From Escherichia phage vB_EcoM-RPN242, in the sequence record OL656110.1: 64,000 nucleotides of DNA, one strand, 5' to 3'. The notes under the pieces were generated by a model. The model searched no databases. It had not been told where the DNA came from and saw only the letters and a program-made list of their open reading frames with translations. The position numbers and the translations under genes were made by a program. Positions 18,191-27,155 of this stretch are shown piece after piece; within the stretch, counting starts at the first letter, position 1; each line of letters opens with the position of its first letter.

Positions 18191-18854
18191 TCGGCTCTGC
18201 CTGAACGTCGATTACATCTTCTTCGGGATCAGGTCCTTTGGGCGCAGCTTTCGCTGCAGCACGTTCTTCAGCACGTTTACGGGCGTCTTCGATGGTCTTC
18301 AGTAGATCACGGGAAGACCTGGCCTGTTTACCGACGTTGACCGTGGTTGTGCCATCAGGGGACGTGGTGACCTCGACGGTTGTTTCGTCTCCAGGAGGTG
18401 GCTCTCTGTCGCCCGTGACCGCCTTGATAGTTTTCTGGTTCTCCATCAGGTCTTTGTTCAGGCCGCGCATGAGTTCACCCAACTCTTTGAAGACTGTGAA
18501 GGCACGGGGTGCTTCAGTCGTCGTCGCGAGTTTGGCTGCCTGTCCCATCATGAACATCGTGGCTTCCTGCATGGCATAAGTCGTGTCACGGATGCGTTTG
18601 TAGTCGGTGGTGGCATCAGTGTCTTCGAAGTCTGGAACCTTAGACTCCTTGGGCTTCAGCTCTTCTGGGTCCAATGAAGGAGGAAACACCACAGGCTCAT
18701 ACCCCGCAGGCTTTTCACCCAACCATTCGCCTGTATCCGGATCGTAATTTTTTCCGGCCATAGGCGAGGTCTTCTCCATGACTTCTTGAGCGACCTCATC
18801 CCGCGCTTGGATAGCACTGAGGGTGGATAATAGGCGTTCTGACATAGCACTCAT
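18153..18854 (-). CDS. putative terminase small subunit (gp16 position)
   Basis: 233 aa directly upstream of and overlapping the large terminase gene; ATG at 18854. Confidence 0.45.
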   Translation of the reverse strand: MSAMSERLLSTLSAIQARDEVAQEVMEKTSPMAGKNYDPDTGEWLGEKPAGYEPVVFPPSLDPEELKPKESKVPDFEDTDATTDYKRIRDTTYAMQEATMFMMGQAAKLATTTEAPRAFTVFKELGELMRGLNKDLMENQKTIKAVTGDREPPPGDETTVEVTTSPDGTTTVNVGKQARSSRDLLKTIEDARKRAEERAAAKAAPKGPDPEEDVIDVQAEPNGEGEDDGVSEA

Positions 18855-18856
18855 AA

Positions 18857-19552
18857 TCAATCTCCAGGATGATGTACACCGTCTTTGTCAACACGGAACC
18901 ACTCCGGCAGTTCCGTCCACGGTGTTTTCAAATCATTAGACATTTCGATAATTATCTCTTTGATCCCGTTAGGATCCCCGCCTCCCTCGTTGTCCACCCA
19001 ATAGTCATACCCGTAGATGAAGCCGCTCAGCTGGAACATGAAGGAGCAGTCGACGTGTGGTGAATCAGAAGCATCCCCTTCCCAGTTATCGGACATCTGG
19101 TGGCTGATCAGTTGGATCTTGATCTTCTGGTCTTGCTGTAGTGTATCGTTGTCCTTGATACCACAGTCTAGAGAGGGAGTGAATACCGAATAAACCTGCT
19201 CTAGCACCTGTAACATCTCAACCAATTTCTTGGTTCGGATATTGTACTCAAAATCGATAATCAGGGGGATTCGCTGCTTCGCCCCTGCTGTTGGTGTCGA
19301 TTGTCGATTGTGGTACGTCTTCGTCACCTGTTTGTTGATCTCAAACTGGCCAAAAGAGAATGTCGCAAATGGAAGCATGTTGGACGGCACGTTCCTGTTG
19401 AGGTCATTGCGTCTCCCGATGGCCATGTGTAATGGGACTTCCATAAGACCACGCTCTGTGTTCACCTTCAGATCAGACATAATGGTGGCAAACAGATTGA
19501 TGTATTTCATCAATGAATCATGGTAGAAGTAATTTTCAAATGGTCTGGCCAT
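18857..19552 (-). CDS. neck/tail-completion protein (gp15 position)
   Basis: 231 aa; synteny only. Confidence 0.45.
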   Translation of the reverse strand: MARPFENYFYHDSLMKYINLFATIMSDLKVNTERGLMEVPLHMAIGRRNDLNRNVPSNMLPFATFSFGQFEINKQVTKTYHNRQSTPTAGAKQRIPLIIDFEYNIRTKKLVEMLQVLEQVYSVFTPSLDCGIKDNDTLQQDQKIKIQLISHQMSDNWEGDASDSPHVDCSFMFQLSGFIYGYDYWVDNEGGGDPNGIKEIIIEMSNDLKTPWTELPEWFRVDKDGVHHPGD

Positions 19553-19554
19553 GA

Positions 19555-20205
19555 TTATTCTCCAAAGTCGATCTTCATATTGTCTGTTGCAAGCCCCTTC
19601 TCAAGATCATCTGCTAAAGCATTGTCGGTCTGCAGAGAAGAATCCTTGTACACGTCCGGTTCGTTCTCTTCGTCCAAGATGGACAGACGTTTGTCGATAT
19701 CGTCGATCTCCGGAACGCCCGTATCGAAGTTTTCGTTGCCGTACTGGAACAACGTGCACGGCAGAGAGAACGTATACCATTTGCCAAATTGCATGAAGTC
19801 TTCATCGTTGTTCGGGTTGTTGACCTTGAAGATCTTGTTCGCCAGTGGTAGATAGATCAGGTCACCTTCCTGAGGTTGTTGTTCAAACCCAACACCGTTG
19901 CCTATCACCTCGGCAAATCGGCGGCGCGAGATAGAGAACGTCACTTCGTCTTGCAATTGGATACCCCCAAACTTCTCCCACATCTGGGTGTTGAAGCCCT
20001 GATAATCCTGCATGTACGCTTCGATGTCGAACGCCTGGTCGAATCTGTGGTTAGCGTCGTTGGTGATAGGAAATTTTTCAACGATGGAACGGGGTATATA
20101 CTTGATGTCTATCCCGCGCAACTCAATCATTTCCTGTACCAAATCTTCAATCAGCTTCTGTGTGCCTTGGTGATTGGTGGCGTTGAAATATTTAGAAGTG
20201 GCCAT
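19555..20205 (-). CDS. neck protein (gp14 position)
   Basis: 216 aa; synteny only; late promoter upstream. Confidence 0.45.
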   Translation of the reverse strand: MATSKYFNATNHQGTQKLIEDLVQEMIELRGIDIKYIPRSIVEKFPITNDANHRFDQAFDIEAYMQDYQGFNTQMWEKFGGIQLQDEVTFSISRRRFAEVIGNGVGFEQQPQEGDLIYLPLANKIFKVNNPNNDEDFMQFGKWYTFSLPCTLFQYGNENFDTGVPEIDDIDKRLSILDEENEPDVYKDSSLQTDNALADDLEKGLATDNMKIDFGE

Positions 20206-20224
20206 ATCAATACCCTCAATTTTG

Positions 20225-20235
20225 AAGGTATTTAG
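20225..20235 (-). promoter_or_regulatory. late promoter CTAAATACCTT with inverted repeat to ribosome-binding site
   Basis: CTAAATACCTTCAAAATTGAGGGTATTGAT-ATG on the minus strand. Confidence 0.5.
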
Positions 20236-20264
20236 TCGAAGTTTATTCTTTTGAGGAATAGCTC

Positions 20265-20477
20265 ATGCAAGTGGAAGACATCAAAGAAGTTCGCAGCGGT
20301 CGTCGCGTCCGAATCATCTGTGTGGACGCCAAGATTGGAGGTGGTGATTACGACATCGTCGGTCTGGTGAAAGAAGTAGATGGCACAGACTTCATTGAAT
20401 GGTGGAACTCCAAAGACAAGACAGAAGACGGTCTGCTGCGTGGTAGTGGCAACGGAAACCTGGATTTGAAAATCTAA
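20265..20477 (+). CDS. small hypothetical protein, 70 aa, opposite strand inside the late operon
   Basis: ATG with GAGGAA upstream; followed immediately by a strong hairpin and T-run. Confidence 0.5.
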   Translation: MQVEDIKEVRSGRRVRIICVDAKIGGGDYDIVGLVKEVDGTDFIEWWNSKDKTEDGLLRGSGNGNLDLKI

Positions 20478-20478
20478 A

Positions 20479-20507
20479 AGAAGGGCGGGAACCCGCCCTT
20501 CTTTTAC
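20479..20507. terminator. bidirectional terminator hairpin AAGGGCGGGAACCCGCCCTT
   Basis: Lies between convergent gene ends (plus 20477, minus 20504); T-run on the plus side. Confidence 0.65.
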
Positions 20508-21256
20508 CCCATGTAGAAGTCGATAGGGTACTGCTGACCAGTACGCAATTCTTCCTCTAAACGCTCGATCTCCGCTTCAGCCTCACTGAACATACTATCG
20601 CCATCCAGCTCGATACCGCCAGGGAGACGGATGCCTCTTGCCTTCTTGAGCACTTCTGCCCAGCGGCGCTTGACCAACGCAGTTGCATATGCCTTCAGCC
20701 ACATATCATTCCATGCTTCTTCATTACCCTCAACCTCTGGGTCGATGTTCTGGAAGCATTTGAACGCCAACACCTCGTCCTTTGTCAGGGCGAATTGTGG
20801 GTAGAGTTTGCGCTGGAATTTCTTGTAAACGAAGGTGCGTTTCACGTTCAGCACACTGGTGATGTCAGACAAACGCTGTTGCATTGAAACATAGTCGACC
20901 AAGCGGATGGAAACGAGGGCGGCCTTTGGTACCAACATGGCTTGGGCCATCTGCCATTGAGGGGTTGCCCAGTTACCGATCGATTCAATCGGAGGGCCAA
21001 CGATGACTTCAACCACGTCGTCGATGTCTTTGGGGAATTCGATGTAACCGTTGGTGATAGTTTCTTCAGTCACCTGGTGAACAAAGAATGCGTCCTGACT
21101 GCCATCACGATGATACTCCCAAAACTTCTGTAGAGCATCGTCTACAGCATCCGAAACTTGCGTTGGGTCAAGGTTGATCTGAATTACAGGTGCCCCCAAT
21201 TTCTTGAGAATGTAATTCATAAATCCTTTACGATCAACAATAGAATTAACGGCCAT
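20504..21256 (-). CDS. neck protein (gp13 position)
   Basis: About 250 aa from ATG 21256 (AAGGGGAA upstream); track start 21316 is over-extended. Confidence 0.45.
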   Translation of the reverse strand: MAVNSIVDRKGFMNYILKKLGAPVIQINLDPTQVSDAVDDALQKFWEYHRDGSQDAFFVHQVTEETITNGYIEFPKDIDDVVEVIVGPPIESIGNWATPQWQMAQAMLVPKAALVSIRLVDYVSMQQRLSDITSVLNVKRTFVYKKFQRKLYPQFALTKDEVLAFKCFQNIDPEVEGNEEAWNDMWLKAYATALVKRRWAEVLKKARGIRLPGGIELDGDSMFSEAEAEIERLEEELRTGQQYPIDFYMG

Positions 21257-21584
21257 TGCCATTCCCCTTGTTGCTCTGGATATCAGCGACGGTGATACGT
21301 AAAGTGCGAACGTCATCGGATAGACTGTTGCTATTGAGTTTCAACTCAGCAACGTTCTGCTTGACGTAGTTAACGTCTGTGTTTAACACAGCAATCTTCT
21401 CATTCATATCGTTCACCTTGGTGAGGATTAGGTTGACCTTGTTGGAGTCACGCTCAACCACATCAAGGCGATTCTCAAATTTACCCATCATCCAAACAAC
21501 CGAGCCAACAGAGACTATCGTCGCCGTCAGCACCCCGGTGAGGATCGCTTTCACATCGATCACAGTGTCAGTTTGGGCTGCCAT
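21246..21584 (-). CDS. small membrane-anchored coiled-coil protein
   Basis: 112 aa from ATG 21584 (CAGGAGG upstream); hydrophobic segment ILTGVLTATIVSVGSVVWMM. Confidence 0.45.
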   Translation of the reverse strand: MAAQTDTVIDVKAILTGVLTATIVSVGSVVWMMGKFENRLDVVERDSNKVNLILTKVNDMNEKIAVLNTDVNYVKQNVAELKLNSNSLSDDVRTLRITVADIQSNKGNGNGR

Positions 21585-21816
21585 CTTGGCCTCCTGACGG
21601 GAGTTCAATCCCGAGGTGTTCCGCCATGAGTTGTACCATCGCTGTCAGTTGATCTATTTGCGCTGCCTGCGCTGCAATAGTTCTGTCCTTTTCTTCCTGA
21701 TTTCGACGAGCGTTCAATGCTGCCAAACCGGCAGCATTGTCTGTGCAGATGATAGCCCCAGGGCAAGAGCTACTTCTCATCATCGATGCATGCCCTTGTA
21801 CTTTTACACCACGCAT
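21568..21816 (-). CDS. hypothetical protein, 82 aa
   Basis: ATG with AGAGGA upstream. Confidence 0.4.
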   Translation of the reverse strand: MRGVKVQGHASMMRSSSCPGAIICTDNAAGLAALNARRNQEEKDRTIAAQAAQIDQLTAMVQLMAEHLGIELPSGGQDGSPN

Positions 21817-21865
21817 GATAATATCCTCTGTTAATGGCGGGGCAACCCCGCCTTGTTAATACTAC

Positions 21866-24800
21866 TTATGCCAGAGCAATCAAACGGAAATCTTTGAATG
21901 ACGGCGGTGCTATGCGGTTGCCTCTGACCAGCAGGCGGATCTTCAGACCAACGAAAGGATTGGTGCTGTCTACAGTCTTGTCATACTCATATTCGAAGAA
22001 TGCAGAACCGTCATTGACCAGAGGGGATGTCGGTGTCACAGTTTCCCATGCCACATTATCCATCTCCTGACCTGCGCGCAGCAGTTTAACCTGCACAGTC
22101 ATTGAAGACTGAGAAGGTAGCATCGCGCCGAAGTATTGCTTCAGAGTGGTGCAAGGGTTATCGAATCCGATATCCTTGGTCACATAGCTGAACACATCTT
22201 CAAACGGATCCACACCGTAGGTGTTGAAGATGATAGTGAAATCATCACCGTCGATCATTGGAGCCGTGTAGACATTACTCTCGTTGCGAGTCATGGTTGC
22301 ACGAACCTGGAAGTCGCCCACCTGACGATAGATACCTTCCGTCGGCAGAGACACGTCCGTATCGGATTCGAACTCAACCCAATCAGAGAATGAGTTGGAG
22401 GTCGCATCGCGATAGCGGTATTCCAGTTTCAATACAGATCCTTCTAGGGCTGAATTGGTGACGCTTGCGTAGAACATGTCTACCAAGTAGTTGCCTAGGA
22501 AAGAAGCCGCTTCACCACCAATCTGACCGTCGGAGTCGGCGTTGGAACTCAGAACGAATTTGAACGTCGTGAACGTCGCATCAGTCACAGTGTGTTGAGC
22601 GTTCAGTTGCTCAGGAGTGAAACCGCAACCACCCGTCAACCCAGACAGAGTAACACTTTCACCCGCAGTCAGGCCATGCCCCGGAGCGTACACAGTAACA
22701 GTTGAAGAACCGTTGACACATTTCACGGTGTTCAGACCCAGAGGGCGGATCTTCGGACCGACTTTAGCATCGAAGGTCACGATGTTTGAACCAGCGGAGA
22801 AGTTACAGCGATACACACGGAACTTCATATCGGCAGTCTGGTTTGGAGTCCAGGTCGTACCATTTGAAGATGTGAAGAACACGCCAGTGTACGGCTGTTT
22901 GGCAATGAACTCGTTGGTCAGCAAGTTCTTCTTACCCATCTCTGCGATGTATGCGTTGTAGTCCTGAGTGTTGGCCAAGAGAACAATCGCGAACTCAGTC
23001 TGCGCCTGCAGATACACAGGATAATCAAACTTGAACATCGTCGGCACAGAAGAGTCTGTGGAGATGGAAACTTCTGATGGATTCAGAGTCTTACGAGTGA
23101 CGACAGTCGTCGCTGGCAGACCATTGCTCATCTCACGGATTTCCAGAGTGATCGGGATATCACGGGACTTGGTAGAGAAGAACACTTCAATACCTTCGAT
23201 GTATTCGCCGCCGATATTGGTGGCAACCATGAAGGACTGGGCGATAGGATCTTTCCACTTCGCGACTTCAACCGTCTCTGTTTTGTTTTCCGTAGACTTG
23301 GTCGCAGTGTATCCCAGGACGCGAGTGTTGACATAAGTCTTCTGGATGCCCTGTTTCTTGCCGAAGGACTTATGAACAGCCTCGGCATTGGTCAGGGTAT
23401 CATCAGCAGACTTGCTATCCACAGGACTGTCAGTCAGACGGAAGACGTTGTCGCCCGTGTTAAACTTGATAGTCTCGTTCTGAGGAACCGCAAACACACC
23501 TTTGATGTTACCGTTGGCATCAGTGTTCAACGCACCACCCAGTACACCACCGTTTGGGGTACAGTACGCGCTCACATCACGCCCAGAGAAGAACGGATAC
23601 ACACGAGTAAATGGACGCAGGCCTGTGGCTTCGAAGTTGATGTTCGTTTTGCGCATGTATGGGATAACCTGCGTTTCAACGATCTGCTCGCCAGTCAGGG
23701 TAGTGGTCGTCTTGTCGGTGTACGTGTACGTGGTGACGTCACGGGTAGACACAGTCGTGCGGTAGCGATAGCCCCACCATACACCACCTGCACCATGCGG
23801 TTCCCACACACGCTCAGACACAGACACAGTACGCCATGTGCCATACACAGAACCTTCTTTGATCGCACCACGGGTGTTGATCGTTTCGTTGACCACACGT
23901 GGGGTGACATAGTAGTTCTCAAACCAGTAATCAGTAGTTGGGTTCAGCTTCAAGAAACCTTCCCAGTTGAACACCGCATACGGGTTCACGTTGATGGTCG
24001 TGGTTGCATAGTCCTGGCGGACAGAGATCTCACGGGTGTAGTTGCATACAACCATGCCATCCTGAACGTTGTTCCAACCGACTGGCGTCAGGTCAATCGC
24101 GTTCTGCTGAACAAACGGGCGTAGGCGACCATTGTCAGTGTCGATTGAACCCACCCAGTCTGCAGACAAATCGTCGATCAGACGGAAGTCTTTGAACGGG
24201 TCTGCTGCGATACCGTTCTTGAAGCGCGGGTTGCCAGTAATTGGATCGAACACCTGTTGTGACATCGCCGAGGATTCCAGCTGAGACAGTGAGGTGTAAT
24301 ATTCGACATTGGAGATACGGGTCTCCAGTTTACCGATATCGCGCATCGTGTAGCGGCGGTTGTCGATAGTACGAATCTGGATGTCGTCAATGTTGGCCGT
24401 GTATGGTGGGATCATCAATTCATACAGGCGCATGCCGTTGTCTGGGATCGCAGGGGAAGCCAGGTTGTTGGAACTCACACCACGAGCAACGTTGAACACG
24501 CCGTTGTCTGCCAGATACACAGCATCAATACGAGGCAGATAGTACTCTGCATCTAGGATGATCGCGGTGTTCGGGCGAACCATGTCCGTGTCAGACGCTC
24601 CGCTGGTGATCTTGGGACGGAAGTCCAGACTGTCGGCCAACCCATACACAGTACCAGAACTGGATGAAACATAGTTCGGGATGTCTGGGTAGTTGATGGA
24701 CGAATAGGAGTCCGCTGTGAAGAAATCACCAGAGCTGTGAGCGAAATACTGATACACCACCGTGAACGTCCCTGAAATGGCTCCTGTGGACGATATGAGG

Positions 24801-26704
24801 TTAGAAAGGTAGTATGCAGCATCACGCTGACCGCCGTCCAGAGTGAAGTTAGAGGTGACGTCAGCGCCATTTGCGTTCTTCACGCTGATCAGCTTGTAAC
24901 CATCATGGTTCCCAAGTTGTGCGCTGGCCGCCGCAGTAAACGTCACAGTCTCGGTGACTTCGGTAACAGTCTTGGTCTTGATCGTCGCTGTGGTGCGGAC
25001 CATCAATGCCAACAGGTTGATAGACTGGTTGGCGTACCCCGCGCCCAGGGAAATCTGTAGTGCTGAACCAACCGGAGTACCAGCCAGGGACAGTCCCGAA
25101 GAGATATCAAACTGAGCTGCAGTGCCATCTGCCTTCGCTGCGGAGTACAGTGAAAACTCAGGGCTGAAGCTGTAACCCAGAGGAGCAGAAATTGAGCCTG
25201 CACCAGCGGCGTTCAACGTGATCTTGTTTGACCGCAGGACAGTGTAGTTGATGTCGATGGTGCCTGTAGGTGCTAGAGTCTTCACACCAAATACAGGCAG
25301 AGGGAAGATCAGGTCAATCGCCGAACTCTGGCTGAACTGATTGGACTCCAGTTCGCAAGAGAACATCGTTGTACCGCTTTCTTCATAAGCGACTTTGGTC
25401 ACCGTGCCCATGTCCCCAGTCACAACCAGGTCGCGCATATACAGACGGAATTCAGTACCAGAGCGCTCTGCCGAAATCAACAGGGCGGTGGCCTGCACAT
25501 CGCTGGATGCGTTCAGGAACTTGTAGCGGATTGTGCGGGAGACAACCGGAACCCCTTTGGAGTTCTTGGACACCAGATAGTTTCCAGTCGAAACAGCCAC
25601 AGGGTTGTTGTTCAGGATATCAGTGTCACGGGCTTTGTCAATTATGACCAGCTCTTCGCCGAGGTTTTCGATACGACGACCACGAACGTAGGAAATGCCT
25701 GGCTTCATAACCGCCACGAATTTGCTTTCATCACCGCCTTCAGCCGGAGTGTAAACGCCGCCGTTGTTGTTCTGTTTCAGATGTTCACGCAGGTCGATCT
25801 GGTGAGTAGAGACGTTGTAGTCACCATTGGTCTCATAGGTACGCTGAGCCATGGCGTCTTCGAGGATGTTGTACGTTGACTGGGTGACCATGGACTGAAT
25901 GCGACCGTCTTTCACCTTCGCCAGTTCGACGAAGTCGGCCACTTCTTCATCATAACCGTAGCGAGACAACACGAGGTCGACGCGCAGGCGATGCGCACCA
26001 GGGGCTTTAGAGTTCGGAGTACCCTGAGCATTGGAGAACAGACTTTCATCTTCTGCTTCGGTCACGATTGTTTCTGTAACTTTGAAGCCAATGCGGTGAG
26101 ATGTAGAGTTCGATGCGTTGTCTACGATCAGAGTGGCTGGTTCAACATCCAGGAACATACCACGAACGAAATAAACACCCTTTGTCATGCGAGCGACAAT
26201 CGAACCACCAACAGTATCGGCCACACCATAGCCGACACGGATGAAGTTATCGTTCACGTCATAGGTGTTGAAATATAGATTGTCGCCAGCTTCGAAACCG
26301 TCTGAACTACCACTTTCAGTCATCTCTAAGATGGCATACATTGTATCTGGCTCAGCTGGATAACGTTCCAAGGACAGGACGCGTGCTTTCGCATTGTTGT
26401 CCTTGCCCAGAACATAGAGTTCGGAGATACCTTCCAGATCAGTGAACTCACTACCACCAGCCAGAGTGAACTTCATGGACACAGCAGTGTTGGTGATCGT
26501 TAGGCCGCCGGGGATAACCATTGAACCGTCTTTGAACAGATGGTTGCCAAGTTTCTCCAGTTGATCCTGGAAGATGGTCTGCATCTGGTTCAGTTCACGC
26601 GTCTGAACTTTGATAGGTGCCGGACGGAATAGGATGCGCGAAAAACGCTTCTCTGGATTCCAGTCATCCCAATATGGGCGGCGGTTGAGGTTCATTTCTT
26701 GCAT
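21866..26704 (-). CDS. very large virion structural protein, about 1612 aa (tail or baseplate associated)
   Basis: Single uninterrupted frame; ATG at 26704 (GGAG upstream) after a CTAAATATCTC motif; sits between tailspikes and neck genes. Confidence 0.7.
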   Translation of the reverse strand: MQEMNLNRRPYWDDWNPEKRFSRILFRPAPIKVQTRELNQMQTIFQDQLEKLGNHLFKDGSMVIPGGLTITNTAVSMKFTLAGGSEFTDLEGISELYVLGKDNNAKARVLSLERYPAEPDTMYAILEMTESGSSDGFEAGDNLYFNTYDVNDNFIRVGYGVADTVGGSIVARMTKGVYFVRGMFLDVEPATLIVDNASNSTSHRIGFKVTETIVTEAEDESLFSNAQGTPNSKAPGAHRLRVDLVLSRYGYDEEVADFVELAKVKDGRIQSMVTQSTYNILEDAMAQRTYETNGDYNVSTHQIDLREHLKQNNNGGVYTPAEGGDESKFVAVMKPGISYVRGRRIENLGEELVIIDKARDTDILNNNPVAVSTGNYLVSKNSKGVPVVSRTIRYKFLNASSDVQATALLISAERSGTEFRLYMRDLVVTGDMGTVTKVAYEESGTTMFSCELESNQFSQSSAIDLIFPLPVFGVKTLAPTGTIDINYTVLRSNKITLNAAGAGSISAPLGYSFSPEFSLYSAAKADGTAAQFDISSGLSLAGTPVGSALQISLGAGYANQSINLLALMVRTTATIKTKTVTEVTETVTFTAAASAQLGNHDGYKLISVKNANGADVTSNFTLDGGQRDAAYYLSNLISSTGAISGTFTVVYQYFAHSSGDFFTADSYSSINYPDIPNYVSSSSGTVYGLADSLDFRPKITSGASDTDMVRPNTAIILDAEYYLPRIDAVYLADNGVFNVARGVSSNNLASPAIPDNGMRLYELMIPPYTANIDDIQIRTIDNRRYTMRDIGKLETRISNVEYYTSLSQLESSAMSQQVFDPITGNPRFKNGIAADPFKDFRLIDDLSADWVGSIDTDNGRLRPFVQQNAIDLTPVGWNNVQDGMVVCNYTREISVRQDYATTTINVNPYAVFNWEGFLKLNPTTDYWFENYYVTPRVVNETINTRGAIKEGSVYGTWRTVSVSERVWEPHGAGGVWWGYRYRTTVSTRDVTTYTYTDKTTTTLTGEQIVETQVIPYMRKTNINFEATGLRPFTRVYPFFSGRDVSAYCTPNGGVLGGALNTDANGNIKGVFAVPQNETIKFNTGDNVFRLTDSPVDSKSADDTLTNAEAVHKSFGKKQGIQKTYVNTRVLGYTATKSTENKTETVEVAKWKDPIAQSFMVATNIGGEYIEGIEVFFSTKSRDIPITLEIREMSNGLPATTVVTRKTLNPSEVSISTDSSVPTMFKFDYPVYLQAQTEFAIVLLANTQDYNAYIAEMGKKNLLTNEFIAKQPYTGVFFTSSNGTTWTPNQTADMKFRVYRCNFSAGSNIVTFDAKVGPKIRPLGLNTVKCVNGSSTVTVYAPGHGLTAGESVTLSGLTGGCGFTPEQLNAQHTVTDATFTTFKFVLSSNADSDGQIGGEAASFLGNYLVDMFYASVTNSALEGSVLKLEYRYRDATSNSFSDWVEFESDTDVSLPTEGIYRQVGDFQVRATMTRNESNVYTAPMIDGDDFTIIFNTYGVDPFEDVFSYVTKDIGFDNPCTTLKQYFGAMLPSQSSMTVQVKLLRAGQEMDNVAWETVTPTSPLVNDGSAFFEYEYDKTVDSTNPFVGLKIRLLVRGNRIAPPSFKDFRLIALA

Positions 26705-26744
26705 TTTGATGCTCCATCGATAGGTGCCATTATAGAGATATTTA

Positions 26745-26755
26745 GTATACAACCA
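26745..26755 (-). promoter_or_regulatory. late promoter variant CTAAATATCTC
   Basis: About 40 nt upstream of ATG 26704. Confidence 0.5.
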
Positions 26756-27114
26756 ACCGAGGAATAGAAAGAAATAAGCCCGAAGGGGCTTTGATTATCT
26801 TTCTGTGGTTATGGTCATGGATTCAAGACCTCCGCATTCTTCAGGAACTATTGCAGGGGTGCTGGTACAGCCAGGGAATGGAGAACGCAAACAAGGCGAA
26901 CCAATGGAACCACAGTAGTAGGTTCAGATGCTAGTGTTAAGGTACAGGGTACAGACATTGCCAACAGAGATAACGTATTAGCCACTTACACACTTGGTTC
27001 GACAGACCCTTTCATGGTAGAAGGTATTCAATTGGGTATGTTTAATATCTCTGGGCAAGTAATCACCTTAACAGCAGTATCAATTAGGGTAATGCAAACA
27101 GTAAATTCTATATA

Positions 27115-27140
27115 AGAAAAGACCCCAAATGGGGTCTTAG
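27115..27140 (-). terminator. terminator hairpin AAGACCCCAAATGGGGTCTT after tailspike gene
   Basis: Minus strand: hairpin followed by TTTCTTATA. Confidence 0.6.
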
Positions 27141-27155
27141 TTTTACAGTTATAAG

